Source: Promethearchaeota archaeon (GTDB lineage: Archaea > Asgardarchaeota > Lokiarchaeia > Sigyniarchaeales > SOKP01). Taken from it: 64,000 nt of DNA. Below, one piece after another: positions 51,617 to 62,136 of this stretch. The stretch spans positions 32,001-96,000 of the forward strand of contig JAUVXW010000003.1 in assembly GCA_030603385.1 (NCBI GenBank), in the 5' to 3' direction. A model generated the notes under the pieces. The model was not told the origin of the DNA, did no database searches, and saw nothing but the letters and a program-made list of their open reading frames with translations. The translations under genes and the position numbers were made by a program. Numbering within the stretch: position 1 is the stretch's first letter; the number at the start of each line of letters is the position of its first letter.

Positions 51617-52480
51617 ATATCAAGAAATGACTTTAAGATTTTTGACGCGCATCTTCACACTTATGGTGTGTTCCTTAATCCTCATAAAGATATAATAAGT
51701 TATATGGATCAATACAATGTAGAAAAGGCGATTATTACAACAATTAATAGAACCAAATATCACGAAAGACAGAAAGAAGTTGCTTCTACAATAAGTGAAG
51801 GGGATAAGATTACTAAATTTATGGCTGATTTTAAGAAATTAATGACTAAAGGTCAACTTGATCATACCGATGTTAAAGAAATTGCGAAAAAAGCTCCTGA
51901 TCGTTTTTACAAATTTTTTTGGTTTAATCCAAAAATGGATTCAGAAGAACAAGAAGAAGATTATAGGATTTTAGAAGATCATTTTAAGGAAGGATTTTGT
52001 GGTGTTAAGATACATTCAGGTTTTCACGCTATCAAGGTACCAAATGATATCCAAAAGCTAATTTCATTTATGCAAGATTATGATAAAAATTTAATATTTT
52101 ACATACACTCACTTCCTAAAACGTCCTTTTTTGGGGGTGTATCAACAAGAGACATTGCGAATTTGGCGTCAAAAAATCCTAATCTAAGGATTATAGTAGG
52201 CCATGCGGCCAATACAATGTCATATGCACTCGATGTCGGAATGACATTGAGGAGGTATGAAAATATCTATTTTGAAACATCTTGTTCTGTTTCTTTTGGT
52301 ATTTATAATCTAATCAAGACAATTGGTCATGAAAAAATCTTGTTTGGTTCAGATTCACCTACAGCATCTACATTACCAATAGAAATTGAGAAAATTCTAT
52401 CCTTACCTAGAATCTCTCATGAAGAAAAACAAGATATATTATATAATAATGTGAATACTTTACTGGAAATGAAATCTTAG
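51617..52480 (+). CDS. Amidohydrolase_2 family; probable ATA start
   Basis: IFDAHLH lies upstream of the called GTG; GVKIH, IH, GH, FGSDSP. Confidence 0.85.
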   Translation: MSRNDFKIFDAHLHTYGVFLNPHKDIISYMDQYNVEKAIITTINRTKYHERQKEVASTISEGDKITKFMADFKKLMTKGQLDHTDVKEIAKKAPDRFYKFFWFNPKMDSEEQEEDYRILEDHFKEGFCGVKIHSGFHAIKVPNDIQKLISFMQDYDKNLIFYIHSLPKTSFFGGVSTRDIANLASKNPNLRIIVGHAANTMSYALDVGMTLRRYENIYFETSCSVSFGIYNLIKTIGHEKILFGSDSPTASTLPIEIEKILSLPRISHEEKQDILYNNVNTLLEMKS

Positions 52481-52751
52481 AATTCCCTTGCACTTTTTAT
52501 GTTAGAATAATCTTAATTTTTTAAAATTTTTTGATTATTTGCAGACAGTTAATCATTTAATTAAATCCAATTCAAAGCCCTTTTCTCAAGTGTTAAAATT
52601 ATTAACCATTTAATTTTTTATCAACTTACTATTAAAATTTGAGATAATTAAACCATATTCAATCTTTTATTTCTATTTTAATAATAAATCAATTAAAAGA
52701 GAAATCCTATTTTATTTTAATTATTAAGAAAAAAATTCATAGGATGATTAA

Positions 52752-53321
52752 GTGAGTTATTTAAGGGATAATAAAATCTGGGAAGAAGAAGAAGATCTAA
52801 ATTGGGATGTTATAGAAATTTCGAAAGTTGACGACAAAATTATTAGATATTTACTTGATAACTTAAAATTGGATAAATCCGATTTATCAGATAATTTTTT
52901 CATTGCCTTTGAAAGTCTATTGAAGATTGGTAAGAAAACAGAAAATGTTTTAGATTCTTATATTAGAGAAACGAATGAAATTCATAATTTTAAAATAGAT
53001 GTTTTCAATTTTATGCTAGATTTCATTAAAAGCAATAAGATTGAATATCTCTTAGTTCCACACTTATATGACCCCGATTTTATTACTAGAGCCAGAACAA
53101 TATTTAAGATTGAACAAGCTGGAGATAAAAAATATTTAAAATTTATATTACCGTTATTGAATGATCCTGACGATTCTGTTCGTTGGGCAGTATTACGATT
53201 TTTGGATACCTTTGATATGATGAAAAATCCTTTAGTTTGTAAAGAACTAAAATGCTTTATAGAAAAAGAATCAAATCCTATAATTAAAGAAAAGGGTAAA
53301 GAAATCTTTAAAAAAACATGA
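52752..53321 (+). CDS. HEAT-repeat protein
   Basis: LYDPDFITRA, LLNDPDDSVRW, ESNPIIK repeats. Confidence 0.75.
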   Translation: MSYLRDNKIWEEEEDLNWDVIEISKVDDKIIRYLLDNLKLDKSDLSDNFFIAFESLLKIGKKTENVLDSYIRETNEIHNFKIDVFNFMLDFIKSNKIEYLLVPHLYDPDFITRARTIFKIEQAGDKKYLKFILPLLNDPDDSVRWAVLRFLDTFDMMKNPLVCKELKCFIEKESNPIIKEKGKEIFKKT

Positions 53322-53366
53322 TAATTTGTGTTTATTCAAGCTTTTATTAAACCAAATTACTTCTTA

Positions 53367-54413
53367 TTAGTATAGTGTACTAATAAATTTCGTCATGTAA
53401 TTTTTGAGAATTGGTATCAAATCATTTTTCCATGCAAGTCCATCTAATTTTCGCACTTTATTAATCCTATTAAAACTGTTCATAGTATTCGATACTGAGC
53501 GTTTAATGTTGTCTAAAGTATTATTTTTTCTAAATTTTTCTGATAAAGCTGAAGTTATATCTTCTGCTAAATTTTGGGTCAATAAATCTTTAAAATCATC
53601 AAAATTATAGATTGTTCCGAATTTGAAATATGATGATAAAAATTGAGAAACAGCACTTTCAATTTCTTTTTGAGAAATTTCAATTTTTCTTATGCAAAAT
53701 GTTCTAATTACTCTTTCTAATAAATATCCATTAAACCTTTTTTCCAATTCTGATTGAACAACTTTGTTTTTTTTAAATTTAAGCTCTTTTCTCATCTTTT
53801 CTTCTTTTCTGGCAAATAAGACGTTTTCATAATCTTTTACAATTATAACTGATAAACCAGACCTTAAAACTATGATATTGGTGTCTAACTTTTCCAATCC
53901 TTGAAAGTGGGTTGGTACTTTATCAATATGCCTTTCTAAAATGTCTTTTATATTGAGGTTTTTTGAATCATATGGGCTGAAAAAGATTTCATACAACGCA
54001 CTAAAATTATATTCGCGAATATCTGATTTAAGTAATTTTCTTATATACTTATCGTACTTTAAGAAGAATCTAAAAATACTGTCATCAACAGCTAAACTTA
54101 AATTATTAAACGGATATTGAGCTCTAACTAGATATTTCTTATATTCTAATCTGATTTTTTGAGCCCTTATCCATTCGAATGCCAAATCTAAGATTTCTTT
54201 ACCTTCCACAATTTTATCTCTGAAATATATTAATGTGTTATAAACCTCTTTGTAATCAGACCCTATTGACTGGTTAACTAAAAACCTTGACGTAAGTTGA
54301 ATTGGACTTAAATTTTTGAATTGATTCTTAAGCCTTTCATAATATCTTAAAATTTTATCTTTTTCAATGTTATATACTTGTTCAAAATCCAATTCTTCCA
54401 TTTTAATCATCAA
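53367..54413 (-). CDS. Hypothetical alpha-helical protein
   Basis: 348-aa ORF overlapping the upstream gene's stop (ATGA). Confidence 0.75.
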   Translation of the reverse strand: MMIKMEELDFEQVYNIEKDKILRYYERLKNQFKNLSPIQLTSRFLVNQSIGSDYKEVYNTLIYFRDKIVEGKEILDLAFEWIRAQKIRLEYKKYLVRAQYPFNNLSLAVDDSIFRFFLKYDKYIRKLLKSDIREYNFSALYEIFFSPYDSKNLNIKDILERHIDKVPTHFQGLEKLDTNIIVLRSGLSVIIVKDYENVLFARKEEKMRKELKFKKNKVVQSELEKRFNGYLLERVIRTFCIRKIEISQKEIESAVSQFLSSYFKFGTIYNFDDFKDLLTQNLAEDITSALSEKFRKNNTLDNIKRSVSNTMNSFNRINKVRKLDGLAWKNDLIPILKNYMTKFISTLY

Positions 54414-55462
54414 ACCTCAAATTCAAAATCAGCATCACCATCAAGAACTTCTCCGATTCTATTAAGTTCCTCATCTAAAATTGTTCCCCATCTTTCCTCT
54501 TTAAAATGAGGGTTTATTAATCTAAGAATTTCTTTTAGATCTTTTTTACTATCTAATATAAGCCTTAATTTTTTTCTAAAATATGATATATTCTTATTCA
54601 TTTCTGTAACTTCGTTTTGTTGAACTAAAATTACACCGTAACTATTAAGTATACCATTATCCAAAGTAAATTCTTCTAAATAAACAACTTTTTTATTCTC
54701 ATAACATAGATTGATTGATCTAATACTAGGGTGCACTCCTTTTTTATTATATAGCTCTAGGGTTTCATTTATCAAGTGTTCATAATAATCTGGTAGAATT
54801 GACACAACGTAATAGGAGGGAATAAAATCTAAATATCTTTTTCTGAGAGGATCATTTTTATCAAAAGTATAAAGGTTGGAAACTCTTATATCTTCAGAGT
54901 TTTTCCTTTCAATTAATCCCACACAATAATATCTTTGCCCTTCTTCCCAATACATCTTTCTAGAAGACCCAAGAGAGTACTCTATTAGATTAATCCCTCT
55001 ATATAATTCAGCTTCTATGAATCGGGAAAAGTTAAAACGACTTCCCAACAAATTTTCGTTTACTACTTTACCTTGCATAATGCTGGGATGAATGTATTCT
55101 GAAATTTTATCATAAATCAGTTTTGTATCTTCTGTAAAAGGAGTACTTATTAAAGCAAAAAGATTTGTTGATCCTTCTAAAGTGTCTATTGAGGAATTGA
55201 GAGTAAAAAAAGATTGAATTACATCTGCTTCAATGGCTTTTGAATAGCGCAAAGATAAAGAAGCTTCGATAGATTCAATTTTCCAATTATTTCCGATTCC
55301 ACTCGCCGCGGTTAAAAAAACAGGACCTAAGAATTTAAAGGAAAGCATTTTCAGCTCATTCCTTTTCTCCTCACTAAAATCATCTGAACATTTAATATTA
55401 TCAAATACCAAATTATCCTCGTCAGCATAGAATAGTCCTAAAATTATTTCCTTGTCATTCAT
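54410..55462 (-). CDS. Hypothetical protein, possibly tandem longin/uDENN-like
   Basis: 350-aa ORF with two halves of similar beta-beta-alpha-beta-beta-beta-alpha pattern; fold call is tentative. Confidence 0.6.
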   Translation of the reverse strand: MNDKEIILGLFYADEDNLVFDNIKCSDDFSEEKRNELKMLSFKFLGPVFLTAASGIGNNWKIESIEASLSLRYSKAIEADVIQSFFTLNSSIDTLEGSTNLFALISTPFTEDTKLIYDKISEYIHPSIMQGKVVNENLLGSRFNFSRFIEAELYRGINLIEYSLGSSRKMYWEEGQRYYCVGLIERKNSEDIRVSNLYTFDKNDPLRKRYLDFIPSYYVVSILPDYYEHLINETLELYNKKGVHPSIRSINLCYENKKVVYLEEFTLDNGILNSYGVILVQQNEVTEMNKNISYFRKKLRLILDSKKDLKEILRLINPHFKEERWGTILDEELNRIGEVLDGDADFEFEV

Positions 55463-55852
55463 TTACATTATTCTCATAGATATGGTTTTTTGCTGCTCCC
55501 ATTAAAAAATAAACCACATTGTTTTAAGTTTAAGCTTTTCAGAAAATCTACTTCTAAATGATACGTACAAAAGTATAGGTTTTAATATTAAAAGTTGTTA
55601 AGAATACCCTTAGGTAAGGGAAGTTATCTATTTACTGATTTATCAATTTTTGTGGTAAAACTCGAATTCCCTATGTTTTCTAAAGAGTTAATGAAGTATG
55701 TTTGTACTGATGATTTATACAAAAAAATTTCAGACTACATTTATAAGAATTCATTTCCATTAGAAATATAATTATCGAGTGGTATAATAATATAAAAATT
55801 TATTAAATTAAATAATAATTAATATATCTAATTATAATTAGGATTTATAAAA

Positions 55853-56383
55853 ATGTCTCATTACGATTACACATTTAAGATTCTTCTTCTTGGAGATGCA
55901 TCCGTTGGTAAAACATCGTTCACAAAACGCTATTGTTATAATATTTTCAACCCAAGTGAAAGATTAACGATTGGTGTTGACTTCCATGTTAAAACAATTG
56001 AATTGAATGAAACTAAAATAAAACTTCAAATATGGGATGTCGGTGGAGAAGAACGGTTTAGATTCCTTTTACCGACATATTGTTTAGGTGCCAATGCTGC
56101 ATTTCTACTTTATGACATAACAAGACCTTCTACTCTGGATAATATTTCAGAATGGATGACAATTGTCAGACAAAAGGGCGGACCTATACCAATAATGCTC
56201 GTTGGTTCTAAAATTGATCTTTCGAAAAGTTCTCGAAAAGTTCCAAGAGAATATGGTATTCAAATCGCTGAAAAAAATAACATGGCGAGTTTTGTTGAAA
56301 TTTCAGCCAAAGAAAATGTTAATGTTGATGAAGGTTTTAAAGTTCTCACCGAACTGACATTGGATAAGACTAATAATAGGTGA
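55853..56383 (+). CDS. Rab-like small GTPase
   Basis: GDASVGKT, TIGVDF, WDVGGEERFR, SKID, ISAK. Confidence 0.95.
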   Translation: MSHYDYTFKILLLGDASVGKTSFTKRYCYNIFNPSERLTIGVDFHVKTIELNETKIKLQIWDVGGEERFRFLLPTYCLGANAAFLLYDITRPSTLDNISEWMTIVRQKGGPIPIMLVGSKIDLSKSSRKVPREYGIQIAEKNNMASFVEISAKENVNVDEGFKVLTELTLDKTNNR

Positions 56384-56387
56384 TGTA

Positions 56388-57353
56388 ATGGAAGATACCA
56401 AATATTTATCTCTCAGCCAATTATTTGATTCCATTGGTGTTATTGAAAAAGGTATAGAAAGAATTTACCATTACATACTAGTTAATAAAAGAATTGATAA
56501 TTTAAAGGATGTGTGTGATCAATTTAGTCTCTCTTTAAAACGGGGATATAAAATCTGTTCAGTGCTCAGCGATTTAGAACTTGTTCAGATTTATGATAGA
56601 CCAATGAAAATTCACCTGGCAAACCCTATTTTAGGTTTATGGCAAAATCTTGTTAATAAAAGAATAGAGAATCTCCAAAATGAATTTGATGAGAAGAGAG
56701 ACAAATGTGAAATCTCGCTAGATGTTTTTATAAAGAACTTCAAATTGGAAGAACAAGTGGCTCAAGTACCTGTTGAATTTGTCAACTATGATGTGAAAAA
56801 TTTTGATGAAAGCTATTATTCGTTTTTAGCTGAAAAAGAATGTAAAATAGCGATAGGCATCAGATATCACAGTCCTTTAATCGATTTGATCCAAGAGTAT
56901 GGTTTTACCCGTATTCCAGAAGAAATTGGTGAATCTATGAAGGCAGGAATGATCAGAATTAAAGAAAACCTTAAAAATATTAAGGTACAAGTTATTTTTC
57001 ATTCTGATGTAGTTAAGGACCTTATAAGCAGTGAAGAATTTGGACTTCTTACAAAACATATTAATCCTATGAATATGGAATTTAAAAATCTTAAAATTCA
57101 TGTAACAGACGAAAATTTTAGTAATTTTAGCCTTTCTGATAGTGAATTTATTATTCAACCAAGTTTTGACCCGACAAATATCTTAATTGGGGCATATATC
57201 TCTCGAAATAGAAATATTTATCAGATCTTCGATACAAAATTTAATGAGATATTTAAAACTGGAATTACTATCGAAGAATTTTTACAAAAGGATAAAAGTT
57301 TAAATATGGATTCTATTACAATAGCCCAATCCTTTGCTTTATGTGTATTGTAA
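56388..57353 (+). CDS. TrmB-like transcriptional regulator
   Basis: N-terminal wHTH (IYHYIL..LKDVCDQFSLS..GYKICSVL..LV..RP), coiled coil, effector-like C-terminus. Confidence 0.65.
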   Translation: MEDTKYLSLSQLFDSIGVIEKGIERIYHYILVNKRIDNLKDVCDQFSLSLKRGYKICSVLSDLELVQIYDRPMKIHLANPILGLWQNLVNKRIENLQNEFDEKRDKCEISLDVFIKNFKLEEQVAQVPVEFVNYDVKNFDESYYSFLAEKECKIAIGIRYHSPLIDLIQEYGFTRIPEEIGESMKAGMIRIKENLKNIKVQVIFHSDVVKDLISSEEFGLLTKHINPMNMEFKNLKIHVTDENFSNFSLSDSEFIIQPSFDPTNILIGAYISRNRNIYQIFDTKFNEIFKTGITIEEFLQKDKSLNMDSITIAQSFALCVL

Positions 57354-57405
57354 GGTTACTTGATTTGAATAAAAAAATTAAAAATTATTAAAAAAACTAG
57401 TAGAA

Positions 57406-58980
57406 CTATTTATCTTCTTGTTCTCTCTTTTGTTTTGCTATTAAAGCTTTTCTAAACTTTTCAAGCATTGCTCTTGGTGTTACTGTGTAATCTTCTTGTC
57501 GTTCAAATCTTTTTAAGTTTTTCTTAATTCCAAATAAATATTTAGCAATATCTTTAAGCTTCTCTAATGGATATCGTCCCATCATTGCAATAGTTTCCAT
57601 TTGGGGTGATCCACCACCATGAAGTCCAGCAACTTGCAATAGACCTGCAATATCAGAACATCCAATACATTCAATTCCTTTAAAACATTTTAGGACATTC
57701 TCTGGGGACACTCTTGGATTTCTTTGCATATACTTCATTGCTAAAGGCCCTACTTCTTTATCATAGAATGTATCGAGAAATGGCAGTGTTGCCATTAATC
57801 CACCTGCCAAATCAGCCAAAATCTTATATTCTTCATATATTTGCTCCCCCGCAAGTTTACGCCCCGCATTCGTAAGAATCTCATCTGGAACTTGAGTACC
57901 AGATGGAGCTTTTTCAGAATGGAGAGCACTTGATTCACCTGCAGCAAAAACTAATTCTGCTGTTCCTAAAATATGTGAAAGCTTATCTCTTACATGGGAT
58001 GTGCTTTGAATTCCATTATACTCTGCAACTAGAGCAGCAGCACTGGCTAGCACTTCTGACATTGCTGCTTTACAACCTGTGTAAGAATGACGATGATAAT
58101 GTGCAAACATTAAAGCTAAAAATCCTGCAAAAGGTGTTTGTTTATGATCTGCATGACCATTTAAAAAAACTCGTTCTTTGGGGATGAAGACGTCATCAAA
58201 TATTATAAATGTTTCACTGTCACCGAGAGCTAAGGCTGCAGATTTCATACTCTCTGGAACATTTTTAGGTTGATGAAAATATGCAGGTCTTACAAGTAAT
58301 TTTACACCCTCCCAATCAGCTGGGATTGCAAAAGCAACTGCATAATCGTGATCATCTGGCATCATCATTCGACAGGGAACCGCGATTATCTCATGTATAT
58401 AAGGTGTATTGGTGATACTACATTTTGCACCGCGGACTATAATGCCATCATCTCTCGTTTCGACAATCCGTAAATATGCATCTGGATTTTCTTGTTGCGA
58501 AGGGCGTTTTAAGCGATCACCCTTAACATCAGTCGACGCACAAGAGCCCGCTAAATCATTTTCTTGAAAATATTTTAAGAACTTTTCGAAATTTTCATAA
58601 TAATTTGTTCCTAATGCTTGATCACATTCATAAGTAATAACAGAAAGAGCATTTAGGGCGTCTATTCCCATACATCTTTGAATACAGCCTGAAACTCTAT
58701 GGCATAAAACTCTAGTCATTCTTTGCTTTTTAAATAAATCCTCTTTACTCTGATGGATGTGGCAAAATCTATTTATCTTTTCTCCAGTTAAGTGAGAGGT
58801 TGCCGTACATAGATCTTCAAATTTCTTATCGTGAGCAAGGTCATATGTCTCGCGCATGATATTAATTCCGCCTCTTATTCGAGGATCATCTCGACCAACC
58901 ACTTCGTCACCTATCCATATGTTCTTTTTCATCAAGTAGAGTGACTCAAGATATTCTTCAAAAGTTTTCATAATTAGCAA
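57406..58980 (-). CDS. abfD: 4-hydroxybutyryl-CoA dehydratase family
   Basis: CIQRCMG and YHRHSYTGCK Fe-S ligands; TDVKGDR; HGGGSP. Confidence 0.88.
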   Translation of the reverse strand: MLIMKTFEEYLESLYLMKKNIWIGDEVVGRDDPRIRGGINIMRETYDLAHDKKFEDLCTATSHLTGEKINRFCHIHQSKEDLFKKQRMTRVLCHRVSGCIQRCMGIDALNALSVITYECDQALGTNYYENFEKFLKYFQENDLAGSCASTDVKGDRLKRPSQQENPDAYLRIVETRDDGIIVRGAKCSITNTPYIHEIIAVPCRMMMPDDHDYAVAFAIPADWEGVKLLVRPAYFHQPKNVPESMKSAALALGDSETFIIFDDVFIPKERVFLNGHADHKQTPFAGFLALMFAHYHRHSYTGCKAAMSEVLASAAALVAEYNGIQSTSHVRDKLSHILGTAELVFAAGESSALHSEKAPSGTQVPDEILTNAGRKLAGEQIYEEYKILADLAGGLMATLPFLDTFYDKEVGPLAMKYMQRNPRVSPENVLKCFKGIECIGCSDIAGLLQVAGLHGGGSPQMETIAMMGRYPLEKLKDIAKYLFGIKKNLKRFERQEDYTVTPRAMLEKFRKALIAKQKREQEDK

Positions 58981-59148
58981 TAATATCTTATTTTAAAAAA
59001 ATTTTCAGAAATTAAACTTAAAACACATATCAAGAATTAACTATTTTTACTTATTTTCATTAAAAAATATAATTATTAGGAAATAAGTTGATTAACAAAA
59101 TCATTTAATTGATTTTGTTTTATCTGTTCAATAAAAAATCGTCGATAT

Positions 59149-60135
59149 ATGAATGAAGAATTAACTCCAGAAAAAATTCAAAAAAGTTTTCTAAATGGAG
59201 ATATAACTAAAGAAGATACTGCTGATCGTTTAATCTCATTAATTGATAGAAGCGAGGATGCGAAAGTTCGGACAGCAAGTATTGAAGCATTGGAAAAAAT
59301 AGATTTTAAGGATGAAATTATTTTTAAAATTCTTGAAAATCATTTAGTATCTGATGAGAATGCTAGTGTTAGAGCTTCAGCAGCAAAAGTTATTATTCTA
59401 AACTTTCTAGATGAAGGATTAGAACCTTTAGAATGGACTACTAAGCATGATAAATCACCTTTAGTTATGAAAGCGATTTTTGATACATTTGCGAGTAAGA
59501 AAATCTCAAACCACGAAGCAATCGAGAAAAACTTAAGTAGTTTTCTGGAGACATTCGCTTTAAATTTGGGGGTTGCGTTTGAAGAAGCTAGGTTTTTTTT
59601 GGATTTAGAAGCTATATTTTCGAAAGGTAAGAGAAGTTATGAAGTTAATCCTCTTGATTATAAAAATTTTGAAGTACTGTATGATTATAAAGATTCTGAA
59701 CCATGGTTAGTGATAAAAAATAAGCACGTTGTGGTCCTTAACCTAAATTTTTTCAATTGGAGATTTGTTAAGGAAAATGGGGAGCTTCTTAATTCCTTTT
59801 CAAAATTAAAATACTTGGACATCTATCTCAATATGATTAAAAAATACAATAATTTTAATCTTGAATATACCAAAGTTCCTGAATCAATTGGTAGACTTAC
59901 ATCCCTCAAAAAGTTAGCATTAGCAAGAAATAATCTTCAGAGTATTCCTGAATCAATAAAAAATTTAAATTTGCTTTCAGAGTTAGATTTAAGCCATAAT
60001 CAATTTCAAGAAATCCCTCTAAGTTTAAAATCACTTAATTCACTTGAGCTATTAAATATGAAAAGCAATAATCTTCAGAGCGTTCCTCAATCAATGAAGA
60101 ATTTTGTGAATTCTCTTGCAGATTTTAAATTATAA
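59149..60135 (+). CDS. HEAT-repeat + leucine-rich repeat protein
   Basis: EDAKVR/DENASVR HEAT motifs; PESIGRLTSLKKLALARNNL-type LRRs. Confidence 0.85.
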   Translation: MNEELTPEKIQKSFLNGDITKEDTADRLISLIDRSEDAKVRTASIEALEKIDFKDEIIFKILENHLVSDENASVRASAAKVIILNFLDEGLEPLEWTTKHDKSPLVMKAIFDTFASKKISNHEAIEKNLSSFLETFALNLGVAFEEARFFLDLEAIFSKGKRSYEVNPLDYKNFEVLYDYKDSEPWLVIKNKHVVVLNLNFFNWRFVKENGELLNSFSKLKYLDIYLNMIKKYNNFNLEYTKVPESIGRLTSLKKLALARNNLQSIPESIKNLNLLSELDLSHNQFQEIPLSLKSLNSLELLNMKSNNLQSVPQSMKNFVNSLADFKL

Positions 60136-60206
60136 ATACGAGTCTTAGATAATTAGTTAAATTTTAAAATTGAGAATAATATCATTAATTAATTTTTATT
60201 AATATA

Positions 60207-61874
60207 GTGATGATAATGACAAATGGTAAAAAAATTAAGGGTGGCGATGTTTTAGTTAAATGTCTTTTAGAAGAAGATGTTAAGTATATATTTGGGATAG
60301 TAGGTGGTCAACTTTTAACGATATATGATGCTGTTTACAGATGGGGCCGTGAAAAAGGAATTGATACCGTTATGTTTCGGCATGAACAAGCTGCAGCGCA
60401 CGCAGCCGATGCGTGGGCTAGAGTTACTAATACACCAGGAGTGTGCATGGGAACAGTTGGTCCTGGTACAACACACTTGCTTCCAGGTGTAGCGGCTGCG
60501 TGGAGTGATAATATTCCTGTAATTACAATAGTGGCGCAAATGCATAGTAGAGATATTGATAGATTCATGTATCAGTCAGGATTAGATCAAATAACAATGT
60601 ACAAACCCATAACCAAATACCAAAAAGCTGTCCACAAGATAGAAGAAATTCCTGATGCTGTCCGCAAATCTTTTCGAGAAGCTATGGGGGGACGTCCTAG
60701 ACCTGTTTTATTAGAATTGCAAGAAGATGCATTAATTGCAGAGATTGATGAAGATAAGGTCTCAATTCTTACCAAAAATCAATATCGGGCAATTGGAAAG
60801 CCTGCAGTTGATAATCAATTAATTAAAGATTCACTCAACCTGCTGTTAAACGCAAAGAATCCTCTAATTATCTCAGGTGGAGGAGTTGCTCGGGCTGAAG
60901 CATGGAATGAGTTACAAGAATTTGCAGAATACTTGCAAATCCCCGTTATAACTACTATAAGTGGTATTGGTACTCTCTCAAATCAATCAAAATGCCATTT
61001 AGGTTTATCGTTTATATCGCATATGTCAATGGGACGTGAAGCTGATGTAGTTTTAAGTCTTGGTTGTAAATTTTCTTTTATATTAGGACACGGTGCAGAG
61101 CCGGCATGGAAGGATTCCCAAACATTAATACAGGTTGATATTGATCCTAGCATGATTGGACGAAATAAACCAGTCACCTTAGGAATTGTGGCTGATTGCA
61201 AATCATTTTTAACTCAAATTCTTGAGGAAGTAAAGCATTCGAAGAGAATTGAGAAAAGAGAATGGTTAGAAAAACTCATTAAGTCCAAAAACCAATATGA
61301 TACAACAATGAAGAAAAGTGCTTCCAATGACAGTATACCAATCACCCCAGAAAGGATGGTAAAAGAAGTTTTGGAGTTTATTGATGAAGATGCAATATTA
61401 ATAATAGATGGTGGAAACATTGCAAGTAGTGCATTTAGACAAATTAATTCATACAAGGACAGGAAGCCATTATCGACACTTCAATCAACAGGTATGGGGC
61501 ACTTAGGAACTTCAGTACCATGGGGTATAGGCGCTAAGCTGGCAAAACCAGAAAAACAAGTAATATCGATTTCAGGGGATGGTAGTTTCATGATAAATAT
61601 ACAAGATTTACAAACGGCAGTAAGTTTAGGCTTTAATAACTTGATCTTTGTAGTAGCTAATAATAGTGCGTGGGGTATGATTAAGACAGGGCAACAACAT
61701 GCGTTTGGCAAGCGATATATTGACGTAGACCTCCCTGAGTTTGATTATGCTAAATGTGCTGAGGCATTTGGATGTTATGGTGAATCTGTATCTGATCCCA
61801 ATGAAATTAAAAATGCTCTTGAACGCGCTAAAAACTCAAACAAACCAGCAGTCATTGATGTAAAAACTAAATAA
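60207..61874 (+). CDS. ThDP-dependent enzyme (acetolactate synthase/2-hydroxyacyl-CoA lyase-like), copy 1
   Basis: RHEQAA, GPG, GDGS..NN. Confidence 0.9.
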   Translation: MMIMTNGKKIKGGDVLVKCLLEEDVKYIFGIVGGQLLTIYDAVYRWGREKGIDTVMFRHEQAAAHAADAWARVTNTPGVCMGTVGPGTTHLLPGVAAAWSDNIPVITIVAQMHSRDIDRFMYQSGLDQITMYKPITKYQKAVHKIEEIPDAVRKSFREAMGGRPRPVLLELQEDALIAEIDEDKVSILTKNQYRAIGKPAVDNQLIKDSLNLLLNAKNPLIISGGGVARAEAWNELQEFAEYLQIPVITTISGIGTLSNQSKCHLGLSFISHMSMGREADVVLSLGCKFSFILGHGAEPAWKDSQTLIQVDIDPSMIGRNKPVTLGIVADCKSFLTQILEEVKHSKRIEKREWLEKLIKSKNQYDTTMKKSASNDSIPITPERMVKEVLEFIDEDAILIIDGGNIASSAFRQINSYKDRKPLSTLQSTGMGHLGTSVPWGIGAKLAKPEKQVISISGDGSFMINIQDLQTAVSLGFNNLIFVVANNSAWGMIKTGQQHAFGKRYIDVDLPEFDYAKCAEAFGCYGESVSDPNEIKNALERAKNSNKPAVIDVKTK

Positions 61875-62136
61875 TAAACTTTTAGTCTAATGGCAAAGAT
61901 CTGGTCGCACTTACGATAATTTTGAAAAATGTCAGTTAGAATAAATAATGATTCTGAAGATCTTTTTTTTACTTCTATTTCTAATGAAATCTGTTAATAA
62001 ATAATTGGTATGATTCTACGATTTCATTCGATTCTGTAAAATCATAATTTTTTAATTATTTGTTGATTAGTTAATTATATAAATATTCAAGTCAAGATTA
62101 ATATCAAACTTATTATCCTTTTAAGATGTCAAAAGA

